64,000 nt of DNA from Bigelowiella natans CCMP2755 (taxonomy: Eukaryota > Protista > Cercozoa): assembly GCA_000320545.1 (NCBI GenBank), contig ADNK01000136.1:186001-250000 (forward strand). The letters run 5' to 3'. The notes below the pieces were generated by a model. The model was not told where the DNA came from and did no database searches. It saw nothing but the letters and a program-made list of their open reading frames with translations. Positions 27,292 to 40,502 of the stretch are shown here, one piece after another (within the stretch, counting starts at the first letter, position 1; each line of letters begins with the position of its first letter). A program made the position numbers and the translations under genes.

Positions 27292-28657
27292 ATGCAGTCC
27301 CAATCCAAGAGTTCCACAGAAATTGTTGATTCTGAATTACGTGGACGGCTGGTAGGTGTAGGACATCCCCTTCTTGATATTTCATGTGAGGTTGATCGGA
27401 AAATGGTGATGAAGTATAACTTACGTATGAATGACACTATTATGGCCGAAGAGAGGCACAAGCCCATTTATTCTGAGCTGAAATCTAGAAAAAATGTTAA
27501 GTACATCGCCGGGGGATCAACTCTCAACACAATGAGGGTGAAAAACACTTCTAGATTAAACCAGCTCATGTTAGAATCAATTTTTGTTGGCTTTATTTTT
27601 TTTATTTGATTCTGAGTGGTATATATTCGCGTGCACACAACCTTCCATTTAAAATATAGTTAGTCAGTATGTGTTTGTGTGTGCGTGCGTGCGTGTTATG
27701 TTGATTTTATAAGACAAACTACATAAACACTCATCATACACAACTACATCCAACGATGTATTAATTTGCTAGGTGGCCCAGTGGATGATCCGGTCACAGG
27801 GTGCCACATCATTTATCGGATGTATCGGAAATGACAGTTGTGCAAAAAAACTCATTTCTTGCGCGAAAAAAGATGGAGTTGATACGTATTTCCAAGTTGA
27901 GAAAGACACTTCTACCGGAAAATGTGCTTGTCTCATTGTAGACAAGGAACGTTCCTTAGTAACAGATTTACAGGCAGCAAGGAAATATAGATTAGAGCAT
28001 CTAAAACAACCAAAGATAATACCAGTGTGGTCGAAAGCAAAGATAATATATATCTCTGGTTTTATGCTGAATGGAAATCTAGAAACTGTTATGTACCTTG
28101 CTAAGCATTGCTCTCAAACTGATTTCTGCATGAATCTTTCAGCACCCTTTCTAATGGTGGTGCCGCATCTACAGAATGCAGTAAAGAGAGTATTACCCTA
28201 CATCGATATCCTATTTGGAAACGAGGTTGAAGCTAAAGCCTTTGGTTTAATGATGGGATACAAGACAGATAATATTACAGAAATAGCTGCTTCGGCATCC
28301 AGTGAAAAGTCTGCCAGGAAAACAGAAAGATCCAAAACGGTCATCTTCACAAAGGGGGCAGAGTGCACAATAGTCGCAAAGGATGGAAATGCAGAGAGAT
28401 ATCAAGTACCCACATTGGATTATAAAAAAATCGTTGATACAAATGGAGCTGGTGATGCTTTCGTAGGGGGGTTTCTCTCACAGTTAATTGAGGGATATCC
28501 AACAGAAATCTGTGTGAAAGCAGGTCATTTTGCCGCGCAAACCATAATTCAGACAAGTGGGACTGATCTCTCGCATAATAATCAATCCTATTTTCCGAAG
28601 AATGCAACGTTATTGCAGGACCCTAAAGCTGAACTCAACATCAAAAGGGGCAAATAG
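27292..28657 (+). CDS. ADK: Adenosine kinase (PfkB family); one intron 27538-27772
   Basis: GVGHPLLDI, AGGSTLNTMR|VAQW, TGKCACLI, MNLSAPF, ILFGNEVEA, IVDTNGAGDAFVGGFL (PfkB signature). Confidence 0.95.
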
Positions 28658-30791
28658 TATAATTGCTACCTTTAGACCCCAATTTTCGTGACACATGCTA
28701 CCCCACATTTGAATCCTAAATTGCCATGCTATGTGCCAATAAAATAAAACTGATTAGTGAAACACGCTCTTACGAGAAACATTGTGTCTCTGGTCACTGT
28801 TTCTGTCAAATCAGATCTTGCTGCACAAACCTTGCTGTGCATGTGGCTACTACGTCTAGACGCATGTGCACACCGTTCGTTCGCAGTAGCCGTATGCGCA
28901 CTCACGTCTAACAATGTAGGCAGTAGCTACTTAGGTGTAAGTGTCATAGTCCATACACATGTTATCCATTCTAGCATTGCTAGCAATGTTCATGTCTAGA
29001 TGTCTAGATTTGCTAGCATGTACTAGTGCACCGCCCTAATAACTAGCTAATGCATCGATCACAAAATTGCGCCTAGAAGACCTAGAGACGTGCGTGTGCA
29101 AATGTGTCTGTCAATTAGATCTGACAAGATCTTGAGGTTACAAGGTGTGTACACATGTTGTGTGTGTGTGCATGTATGTGTGTGCATGGCTACATCATGA
29201 ACCATACTAGCATAGCAATTAGCCACCATATCTAGATCGACATGTCCATCATCATGACAATTGAAACATTTTGGACATTTCATTACATCCGTCTTGTTTA
29301 GTTGTATAGTTGTCATCATGCATAGTTAGCATTGCCATGCAAGTGCACATGGTGGCGGACTAGCGGAGGCCCACTCCAACCGCAAAAATGTGCACACCCA
29401 TGTCGTACGTCGACAACGACCACCGCGCAACGCATTGCACTGACCACAATGCTCGAATGGCACACTCCCTTCCACGTGAAATGCTCCTGCGTCATCAAAT
29501 AAAACACTGCAGGTCAAGTTGTTTTGGAATTTCTCTCGCAATGCAAACCGTTGGCCACTGCACCGCACTAGCGCACATGCTAGCGTGTGTGGCTTGTTTC
29601 TAACACCACTGACTTGTGTTCCAGTGTTGCGCATGCTGTTCAGATTTGTGCATCCACAACATCTAGGCGAGCTCATCTGACACCATGCACTGCTATGGAC
29701 TGCCTCAAATGCCTTGTGTTTCAGTTCTAGAGCTGTTTGCGCCATGCTGTTCAGATTGCAACGTCTAACAAAAACGCCAAAAATTCTCTTAATGATTTCG
29801 AGGTTCAAGCCCAATTGCTAACCTAGCTAGCTAGCAGCGCGTCGACGTCGCACGATGCGTCACACTAGCACTGCTATAGGCCTGCTGCGCTCTAGCTAGC
29901 TAGCGCTGCCGTCCTAGCGTCGTTTGAAGGCTAGAATGCTGCATGCTTCTATGAACAAAATCTGCCACGAGGACACGACGGAAGCGAATTGAACCGCTAG
30001 ATATTTTCAATTTTTTCCGTGCTTGCTTGTTAGCCTGCAGAGCGAGCTAGAGAGGGGCAAAATTTTGCCAATTTGATTATATGATTATATGATTTGCCAA
30101 AAAACGTTGCGCAGATGCGCTGGTGCGTGCGGTGTAGCCGCACCGATCTAGACTAGTAGACGGACATACAGCCATTTGAGCTAGCATGCACTAGTGCACT
30201 TATTCTCCGCAAATTTTCTGTTCAGAATGAATTCATTCTAGTTATTGCATGAATGCGCATTGCTTCATTTTTATTTACTTTTCTTCCTTGTATTTAAGTC
30301 ACACGTTCAAGAACTTGTAATCTTTTCTTAAGGATCAAATTCCAAGCATTAGACAAATTAGCAGGAATAGTGTTCGAGACTCTGTTAATATTTCATGGTT
30401 TTGAAGTATCTGCTTCATTTTGGTTTGAGGCAAGTCTGTTGCCATGGATCATTTGAATTGTTTCTATATAGCGATTTGTTTATTCATTTTTTCAAAAATT
30501 CGATTCATAACTCAATTAGCTGATGGTATTACAGGCCCAGCACTTTGATCATCTTTATTTTCTTGTGGCAATGGTTACACACTCATTTTAACACGTATAT
30601 ATTTACATGTATATATGTACCGCTTCCTGCAGATGCATGCATGATAAGAGGAATCTAGAAGCTGCTTTAGGTACGGCAAAAAAGAAACGTTGCTGATAAA
30701 AACCAACTGATCGGAGAAAAAGAGTGTTGTCTGTGTCCTTTCAAGGGTTATACCGTCGTCAATCGATCGAAGACCAAATTTGTACTAAAAG

Positions 30792-32753
30792 CTAGTATGA
30801 GATAGGGTTGGAGATCCTCCAATGTCGTACAAGAGCCCCAGCAAATGTTTCAGCAGCTTTACCCCACTCATCAGGATGAAAGTTTCTAGAATTAGTAGAA
30901 GAGAAAGGGAGAAAGAAATAATGAATATGTGAGAAGGGAACAAATAAAGTATTGATTAGGAAAGGGAGTTCTGAAGGAATACCGTGCAATATCTCTTGGA
31001 TCTCGAATCACTTGATTCTCGTACCAGCGAAGTTCATCATGACCCTCTTCTTCCGATGCTTCAGAAAGCGAATCATCAGAAAATTTCTCTTCTGTGCTGA
31101 CATCACTATACTGATCGGGTCCATCATCATATTGGTAGGTATTTGTCCTGCCGCCGTTGATTTTTTTGGGATGAGCTTTGAACTCATAGTCATCGTCTTC
31201 ATGGTTACTATCGTCGTCGTCTTCTGAATCTCCCATTCGATCTTTTGAGAATGAATCAGATGCTTGCGTTGTAGCCTGGCCATATCTGTTAAAATACCGT
31301 CTGCTACTACCTCTCCGTTGGTTATTCTCATCATCACAATTTGTATGCGAGAAGACTTCATTTCTCTTGCGTTTTGCCCCATAGTCACATAATGACTTCC
31401 CCCCCCCCGACTTCGTCTTGCGCGGTTGAGAAGACAAAGAATGAGTAGATATGGTGCCTCGATTAATGCAGCGTAAATTTCCACCCGGAGAACCTCTATG
31501 TCCTGCTGGCGGGACCACCCGGGACTCGACCCCTACCTATTTTTTAGAGCATACGACGACCCACTCAGAGGAAAATAAATGAGAAGGAGGAGGAGGCGAC
31601 ATATCGAAAGAGTTAACTCACCTCAATTTCTAAATTAACGCCGTTTCTCTCCTGCATTCTCTTGATGTAGTCTTGGTTCTGAGATGATGATTGATGTTGT
31701 GAATGTCCGTGTTACCACAATGAAATTGTCGTTGTCAAGATATTACTGCTGCTACTACTATAACTACTGCTACTACTATAACTACCTCTTTCTCGCATCT
31801 AATCTTATCACGATCAGCCATGCTCTGGAAATACTTCCGCTCCTTGCTCGTCAATGCTTTCCAACGCTTTCCAATGATTCGAGCCACCTTCTCGTTGTGC
31901 TATAAAATGGATATAAAATATGATGATGATGTGTGGTCTAGATTAATAAATACGGTTTCATACCTGCACCCGATCATATTTACGACTTTTATCAGGACAA
32001 ACTTCAGACCAAATGCTGATATGTCGAGAAAAGACAACTTAGATTTATATCTCAACGAGGATTACTCATAAATAGTAATGACTACTACCTTCGGTGAACA
32101 GAAAGTTGGAAGAAGTTATAAGCAGTTTTTGGACGCTTTGGTTTACGTGGTGCTTTTGTCTTTGGTTTTCTTCCCTTTTCCTTAAGACTCGAAGAGCTGC
32201 TTGTCAGCTTGTTCAGCATTTTCCCATCATTTTTAAATGATGAATTAGCTCTTTGCCTGTTTTTTTTTACTTCAGTTGCCACCTTCCAATCCTTTTCCTT
32301 ATGGCTGAGTTTGTGTTGTAGATTACAAATTTCAACTTTCAATACATAATTTGCTTCCATTCTTGTCCCCTCCTCTTCTTATCTAACATTCTTCGTCATC
32401 CCTCAACCTAACTCCCTCTCCTCTCTCTCCCCATCCACACCACATACTTGCTATCCCATTATTCTAAAGTACATATCCTTGTTCTTATCCTTACTGTTGA
32501 CTTACTTCGAAGATCCAGACATTTGTAGATAATGCATCATATGATCATTGGCTGAATTTGAGCTGCGGTCGCCAAGAGATAATGTTCTTTTCTGAACTCC
32601 TCGCTGCATAGAAGTAGAGACTTCTCCTCCTTCAGTATTGCTTGTGATAGTGTTTCCCTTCTTTTTTGTCTCCTCAATTGCAGTGAGGCGCCCATTTCGA
32701 TCTTTGCCAGCACCACTTACTCCGTTAGTTCTTCGCCGTTTCGTCATCGGCAT
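30792..32753 (-). CDS. HMG-box domain protein (putative chromatin or transcription factor)
   Basis: KPKRPKTAYNFFQL ... HNEKVARIIGKRWKALTSKERKYFQSMADRDKIRCEKE (HMG helices), followed by an acidic region. The last exon ends ...RHWRISNPISY*. Most junctions give a consistent frame. Confidence 0.85.
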
Positions 32754-34134
32754 TGTGGAATAGTGTGCTGTTTACCAAAAAAAAAAAGGAATTAATTCTT
32801 TTCAACGAAATTAACGAATTTTCACGAAGCAAAATGTTAGATTGAAACTTCATCATGAAAATCATTTCATAAAAATTTAATCTCAACGTAATCCCACCAA
32901 ACTTGAGATGGTATACCTCCTACAATAATTCCTCTATCCACTACACCAGTTCCCTATTCCCATCCCAAATTCTATCTTATAAATTCCATGTTCTCGAAGA
33001 TTTCTCTTTCACATTAACAATAATTGGATGATATGTTTAATTCGGGGGACACTGTTCGTTGCCATTGCCACCTCAAACGTAAATGACAAAGTAGGGCTAA
33101 AGTGATCTCGAAGCTTGGCCTTTCCGTTCGGGTCCGCTCAATGCGGAGTATAAAATACAGAAGCTTTTCAGGTTGCGTCACATTTTTTCCAAATGTTTCT
33201 TGCCAATTCCTCCTGTTCGTCCACGTGTACAACCACAGCAAAGATACAATACGTTTAATATGAACGTCAATAAATAAGTTCCTTTCATTTTGTCAAACGC
33301 AGGGCATCAGAGCCGTTTGGAGGATGCAGGCTACCCTATCTATACTTCAGATATGTTTTTATTATCGAGTGTTTATCATTTTTTATATAGTAGTACATTT
33401 GTTTACTACGACTCATTCAATTAAATTCGATAACAATTTCTTAGGTTAAAAGTACAAGAATGATATATCTAATGTTAGAAATCTGCGACAAAGTATTTGC
33501 CTATAGTTTGTGCAACATGTCTTGCATTTATCGAATCGACGAATAATATTGGGCTTATGTGGTCTGAATATTAAATGAGATTTTTGTGGACAGATGGGGT
33601 GTGTCGCTTATCACTTGTACCTTACCATGGGAGCACCTGAGTTTGATAACGCCTCACAGAGAAACGCAGGTTATGTCGATAATCCGGTATTGACAGTAAG
33701 ATGGCTCTAAAGGAGTGGATAAAGTGATACGGAGAGTGCACACAATGACATTTCTCGCTTCTAGCTTTGCAAGTTTACTTGGGGGTATCTAATGTAGAGT
33801 ATCCGTCAAAATATCTTGCTGTTCAATTTATCAGGTTAAATCAACTAAATTTAATCATTATTAACCTGGAACGGGCCGTCGGTGAACTGTGGCGGAGAAA
33901 AAATCTGGCAGGTCATCGATCATTCATTCAATTATGGAATTGCTTGATTCATTCATTCATTCATCAGTGGCCAACAGCATGAATGCATTTCAAAACCTGT
34001 GAGTATTTCATGTCGTAGCACAAAGGCGCACGGGGAAATTAACAACGACAAGTCCTCTTTACAAACGAGAACACGTGGACGTCTCAACCCCCCCCCTACC
34101 TCTCGTTCCTGCTAAGGATTCGTAAGATTTTCTG

Positions 34135-35155
34135 ATGCACGCTCCCCTTCTAGGTATTAAATAGAGTATGGTATTATTTATTATGTTCCTTTTTTTAACT
34201 TCCTCTTCTTCTTCTCCTCCTTCTTATTGGCATACTAAACAGCTTCAAAACGTTCCGCTAGTGATTGTACTGGAGTCCACAAATCCCGATGTAAATCCAT
34301 CAAATTTATCACAATATAGGATAAGATTCCTCTGATTTTAGTCTGTAGTAGCATTTATTATTAGTCTTGGCGTATTTGGAACAATCTGCCTTCTATTATT
34401 CGGAGGACCAAATTTCTCTCAAGGCAACCAGTTTTACCAGTCTGGTATGAGATTATTTCCAGACAAATTGTTTTCTTCCACCTAATCCTTATATCATTTA
34501 AAAGGCATCTCTATGTACTCTATTAAACGCGCGGCCACACTTCCTGCGACCATTGCGCCAATGTTTCTCCGATCTCTGACACATCCTGGTATATTATTAT
34601 ATTTGGAAAAAAGGGTGATTATTACCCTGAACATTTCTAAATCATTTTGCTGTATGTCTTCTTTCACTAAATTAATGCAGCGGTAGGAGCAATAGCAACA
34701 GTATCAGGTGTAAATCGAGGGGTAGCCGCACAACGACGATCTTTGAGAAGGTGCCATCTGTAAAAGTAGTAGTTGTAGTATCTCGCCTAATATAGCAGGA
34801 TAATATTTATCAAATAATCACATCTACGTTATGTTCTAATCATGTGGTGAAGTTTCGCTGACATCTCTCAAGACGCTTACGATCCACCCTCCCAGAAAGT
34901 CGCCTTCATGTTCCCTGGGCAGGTAGAAGAACAAGATAAAGAGATGATGATAATTAACAGGGGATTTGCAACAGGATATATGTAATTCCAAACTTTTTTC
35001 TCTTACTTTGATGATTTGATCATCGTCGTCCTCATTACATAATAATTGTAGATATTTCATTATAACCTATAATAACTCAATTAATATTACATCCCTGATC
35101 CACCCGACCGACCGACCTCTTACTACTGCTGCATCGTATTTCATGATTTCTACAA

Positions 35156-35188
<33 letters not shown>

Positions 35189-38100
35189 GGGAGCACAATA
35201 TCTCGGTATGGGGGCGGATCTTGTTGAGAATGTAGGAACGTCACTATTTGGACTATTCTCTTATAAATACTTTTCTTCTACTTCTAAACCGCTGCTACCA
35301 ATACTACTAATACAACTAGTAGTATAATTACTACTTCATTATTGTCGTTATCTTTCTGTGTTAGGTACCTAAAGCCAAGTCCTTATTCGATAAAGGTTAA
35401 TTATTTAGTCTTTTACTTTCCCAAAAACGATGAGGGTTAATTATTTAATCTTCTTCCCCCAAAACAATCAAGCAGAGGCAACGATTTTATTGTTTATATG
35501 ATCATACACTCTGAGAAATGAGGAGGAGTATTTTGCTAATAGTCACATTTCTAGAACAAAATTTGCTCATCATCTACTATATCAACATCACAGCTTCCGA
35601 GATTCTAGGATACGATTTGCTGGAGCTTTGCAAGGTAATAATAAAAGTAGAGTCAGTATTATAAAACCAATTTTCTTTCCTCCTTCTTCTTCCTCTATCG
35701 TGATACATCGTCTATTAAATGATTATGCTCATCATCCATCGTCTTGTTCTATCACCTACTTAGGAAGGTCCCAAGGAAAAACTTGATTCAACGGCTGTTT
35801 CTCAGCCGGCAATATTCGTCGCATCGATGGCAGCTGTGGAGAAACTAAAGCAAGAAAAGGGGGATAACATTGTAGACGATGCATCGGTTACAATGGGTCT
35901 CAGCTTAGGAGAGTATAGTGCCCTTTGTTTCGCAGGGGCGATCTCCTTTGAAGACGGAGTGTGTTTACCACCACTATCATCATTATTATCATCATCATCA
36001 TGAATTACCAAAAGCAATATAGAGGCAGCAGCAGCTTACTAAGCACACAGAAATTCTTGCAATTACTTCTTTCTGCTCGCTGCTTTATTGTCGTAATAAC
36101 AAATTATTGTTTGATTCATCAAGTAATGCTAATGTGTGTGTGTGTGTGTGTGTGTTGCTGTTGTGCTATGCTGCTGTTCCTACCGTGTTACTTGTATTTT
36201 TGCTTCTATACTACGGGGCACGACGCTCCGGTAAGATGATGGATGATAATGACGATAAAGACAAGGAAGGAGCAGCTATGCAGGTAGTAGTGGTAATAGT
36301 AGTATTTGATCATGATGATGATGCCGGCGACGATGATGATGCCTTTTACGAAAAAGAATATTGTAGTTGAGTGGTGGCCCCATAACAATATCAAATTGTT
36401 TAAATTATAGTTATTAAAAAAAAAAGACAGAAAATAGGAATTTTAAATTTTTCACATAGAAGAAGAAGCAAGCGATCAAAGAGAAATAGGGACTGAAGCA
36501 AGATAACAAGATAATATAATTAATACAACCTCGATCTTCTCCTCCCCTTTCCCTTCTTCTTCTCCCTTTTAGGCAGCTGCAGATATGGTGGAAAGCTCGA
36601 TGGCCTCTGTTATTGGATTGAGCTCTGAGAAGGTGGTTATTTACATGTGTTGAGAATAATAATAAGAATAAGAAGAACAAGGACAAGAAGAAGAAGAAGG
36701 AAAAGGAGGAGAAACAACAACGCCCTCCCCTTAATTATTAAAAATACCTTAATATATTGTGAATAATGGCCCATCACAAAGGCTGCTCTCTTACTAAAAT
36801 TTATATTACTTTGCTTCTACTTACTCGTTTACTTCTCTCCAATTATAATTATAACTATATGGACTACTTACTTGATGTTCTGTATTTCCAATGTTTTTTA
36901 ATACTTTTTCAAATAATTGCTCCTCTCTCTCTCCTAAGGTCGATGAGATCTGCAGCAAAGCATCAGAAGAAACGGGAAAACCAGTGAGTGAGCACAATAA
37001 ACGAAGAAACATCTTTCCTTAACATAATGATAGAGTATGTAGGAACATTGGTAAAGTTTATTATCTTATTTAATTCTCTCCCTCTCCCCACTCACTCAAC
37101 ACATATGCTGGATACACCTAATTATATGTTGTATATGAATATAAATAATACATACATATCGATTAATCATTAACAATTATCCTTGATGATAATTGATAAT
37201 ACAGGTGCGCATCGCCAACTACCTCTGCAATGTACGTACGACGACATAAGATGATGAATAATTGTCTTTGGACGATCATGTTTGTTTCGCCTCTTATCAA
37301 TACTTATCATCATCATTATTGTTAATCATAATTATTATAATAATGATAATAATAATAATAATAATAGTGTGAATTGGTTAGGGAAACTATGCTGTTTCTG
37401 GTGCAAAGGAAGCCATTGACAAAGTCATGGAAATCGCAAAGGTGGTGGTGTAAATTAGCTAGTACTCCTATTTAAGATTGAGATGACAATGATGATGATA
37501 AACAATTATAATTATAGCAGCAGCAGGAATACCATCATCTTACATACGTACCACTACTGTTCGCCATGACTGAAGTGCTCTTGCGCTGTTATACTCTTCT
37601 ACATAATGAAACCACAACGTACATTTCTACTTCATCGATAGCAGTAGTAGCAGCAATTTTACTACAACAACATTGTTGTACTACTTTAATTATAAACCAT
37701 CATATCATTAATCACTATCTTTGTCCCCTCAAATTTCGTTGATATTATCAGCCTGAGTTTAAGGCTCGCATGGCGGTGAAATTAGCAGTTGCAGGAGCAT
37801 TCCACACCGACTTCATGAAACCAGGTGCTGCTGCTAGTATATTATAATTATTAATATTATATTAATATTATTATTATTCGCAGTATAGCAGTAGCACATT
37901 CATCACCACAACCTGTTTGTCCCGTTCTCCATCCAAGAGAGAGAAGATAATACCTACATCTGGTTTAGTGATTCCAGTTTAATGTGGTCATAATTGTAAT
38001 TGTCATCAACTGTAAGTTATTTTCTTTGTTTGTTTCCTTTCCTTATACACGTTATATTGTTCTTCGAGAAGCAAGCAAGCACCGGTTTAGTTGATATTGT

Positions 38101-38798
38101 CTTAATGAATGCTGTGATGGTAGCGGTCCAACGGTTGGAGACCATGCTGGACACTGTTGAGGTCGTAGTAGTAGTAGTAGTAGTAGTAGTAATTACTATT
38201 ATTGTTCTTCTTGTTGTCGTTGTTGTTGTAGATCATGAATACTCGAGGTAGTCTGAATACAAACAACTCATTAATTTTATCATCGTGAGGCTGTCGTTTA
38301 TAATCATCCAGGTAAAGGAACCACGTATACCTGTGGTTTCAAATGTCGATGGCAAAGCTCACAAAGATCCTCAAGTTATTAAAGAGCTTCTCACTCAACA
38401 AGTAGTACACCACGCCTCCACTGCGACGTTTATGCTACATATCCCCCCCTCCCCCCCCTCTCTCTCTCTCTCTCTTTCTTCCTCTCCGCGCCTCTGTGCT
38501 TATTATTAGACTATCGAAGATGCTGATGTTCTTATATTTCTATTTGGTTATCAGGTTACCAGCCCTGTAATGTGGGAGAACACTATGGCTTCTATGCTTG
38601 AATCTGATTTCGAAAATGCATATGAAATCGGACCAGGAAAGGTAATTAACGACATCGTTTACTTTTGGCTGCCTGCCTTTAATTTAAAAAAAATAATGGC
38701 AAATAGTGATATAAGGGGATTCAAAAATTATTTAGGTACTCACTGGTATTCTGAAGCGGTTTAAGAGAGATGCAGAATTCGAAAATGTTGAAGCATGA
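34135..38798 (+). CDS. fabD: Malonyl-CoA:ACP transacylase (FabD/MCAT) with a bipartite plastid-targeting leader
   Basis: VAFMFPGQGAQYLGMG, SQPAIFVASMA, GLSLGEYSAL (catalytic Ser), IANYLCNGNYAVSG, LAVAGAFHT, PVVSNVD, VTSPVMWE, YEIGPGKVLTG. The leader has the hydrophobic stretch LAFIISLGVFGTICLLLFGG, then an Ala/Ser/Arg-rich, acid-poor segment. Confidence 0.92.
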
Positions 38799-38921
38799 GC
38801 ACACTTGTGGTGTTCCTCAATTTTGGCCGGTTTGCGAGCAGTCCGAATGGTTTGATTCACACATTCTTGTGCAAGCCAACAGCGTGGGAGATGCGATGTC
38901 AAAATGCAAGAACAATGTTTA

Positions 38922-40502
38922 GCACCACGATGAGAAGGATCAGAAATTTGTTTTCATCACTTGATCACATCGCCTGAGAAGCTGCAAAAACGCGTTGAAG
39001 TGAAGGAGGTGTGATGATGATCAACGTTCAGTCACATGCGCCATGTGCTGCATGGTGCATTTGTTGCGTTCTGTGGCAGCCACTGACACTTGGCAGAGGA
39101 TGCTGCAACACCCATCTCGGTGCACTGGGTGACGCACAACAAGATGTCACACATCACATGCACAGCAGGCACACAATGGCACACAACGAGGCGCACACAT
39201 CGTCGTGTCTGTTGCACACGAGCACGTCCACCACGTCTGGACGTGCATGCACGTGGGGTGATGCAGGGATTCACAACCAAGTTCACATGCGTGCACAGTG
39301 ACGTGCACATGATGCACTTGTCTGCGGCTGTTGCTAGTGCGTGGCAGACTGACAGGCTTCCTTCAAGTGCAGCTTTGCACGTGACATGCTGGCATGAGTG
39401 ATGACAAAATTGAATGGTGTCAGTCCGCTCGCTCGTGGCTCGTGACCTCGATGTTGCTGCTTTGTGTGGCCATTTGTCATCAGTCCTGGAGTCTGGCAAT
39501 GAAACCATGCGCGCGGCTGTGGTCTAGTGGTGCACGACGTGCATGGCTAGATGGGCGCCAGCAACAACTGGTGCTTTGGCCAGTTCCACTCTTTGCATCA
39601 CTTCTGGGCTTGAGCTCAAGCTAGCCAGAACCATTCTAGCATTGGTGAGCGTTCCTTCTGTCGTGACGTGTTTTTTCTTTCTTGATTCTCTTTCTTCGAA
39701 ACCATCGAATGGCCAAGTCTGGAAGTGGTCGATGCTCGCATCGCGCTGCTGCTCTGCCCATGGCTTGCTGGCCAGCGTGTGTGCGCACGCTTCCAGCGCT
39801 TGTCCTCCAGACCCTTCGCTAGTTGGGACGTCTGCACATCCAAACAGTGAAACGTCATCTGCATCATTGGTGGCTCCTCCCAAAGGTCATTCCAATGTGC
39901 TGACGAACAAACGAAAGAAGTGATGTCAAAGGAGCGGTTGAAAGCATGGTGGGACACACCAACTCATCTGGTCATCTTTGCCCTTCCGTGATGGACACCA
40001 CGTGACACTGTGTGTGTGTGTGCACAGTGCACACAGATCACGGTGTCCATCATTTCCCAACAACCAAGATCACCAAGGCTGGAAGGATTGTGGACCAAGA
40101 CGGGCATGGCAGTCCCTCTCCCGGTCCAGCGGTCAAACAGGCTCCGTGCTTGTGCGGGTTCAACAATTCTCCCACACACCACCGGACACGCGATTTGAGT
40201 TTGTTCTCCAGTTCTCAGAGATTCAACCTCAAGCTGACCACCACGAGCGTGGTTCGTGCGCCGTCAAGTGAACTCAAACAAGCATGGTGATCTGACTCAC
40301 TCGGAAGGGAGCTGGTTGGCCATGTTTGCTTGCAACGTGCCCGTTGCACGTGATTCTGCACGTTGCTCTAGTGCTGTCTGCATCGTTGCGCAGGCGTTTT
40401 CCCACGTGCACTTGCAGGCACAAAGCAAACGCAAGGAAGAGAGATCGCAAGGAAGAAAGAAAGAAGATGAAACAATGAAACAATGAAACAATGATGAAGA
40501 AC
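38922..40502. other. TpA-depleted domain: every TA dinucleotide lies within CTAG
   Basis: A base-by-base read finds TA only at about 39335, 39525, 39548, 39622, 39637, 39820 and 40369, each in CTAG. The ORFs here lack Tyr and are Cys/His-rich. Confidence 0.92.

Noticed and set aside
33317-33700. Possible small spliced gene upstream of fabD
   Set aside because: Some AG/GT sites are present, but I could not establish a consistent frame or motif.
39011-40491. Dense overlapping ORFs on both strands suggesting a compact viral or mobile element
   Set aside because: Loss of TA removes nearly all TAA and TAG stops, which inflates ORF length. No transposase, RT, integrase or capsid motif was seen.
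38799-40502. Classical CpG-methylation decay or fungal RIP as the cause of the TG/CA excess
   Set aside because: CpG remains abundant and TpA is lost rather than gained, the opposite of both signatures.
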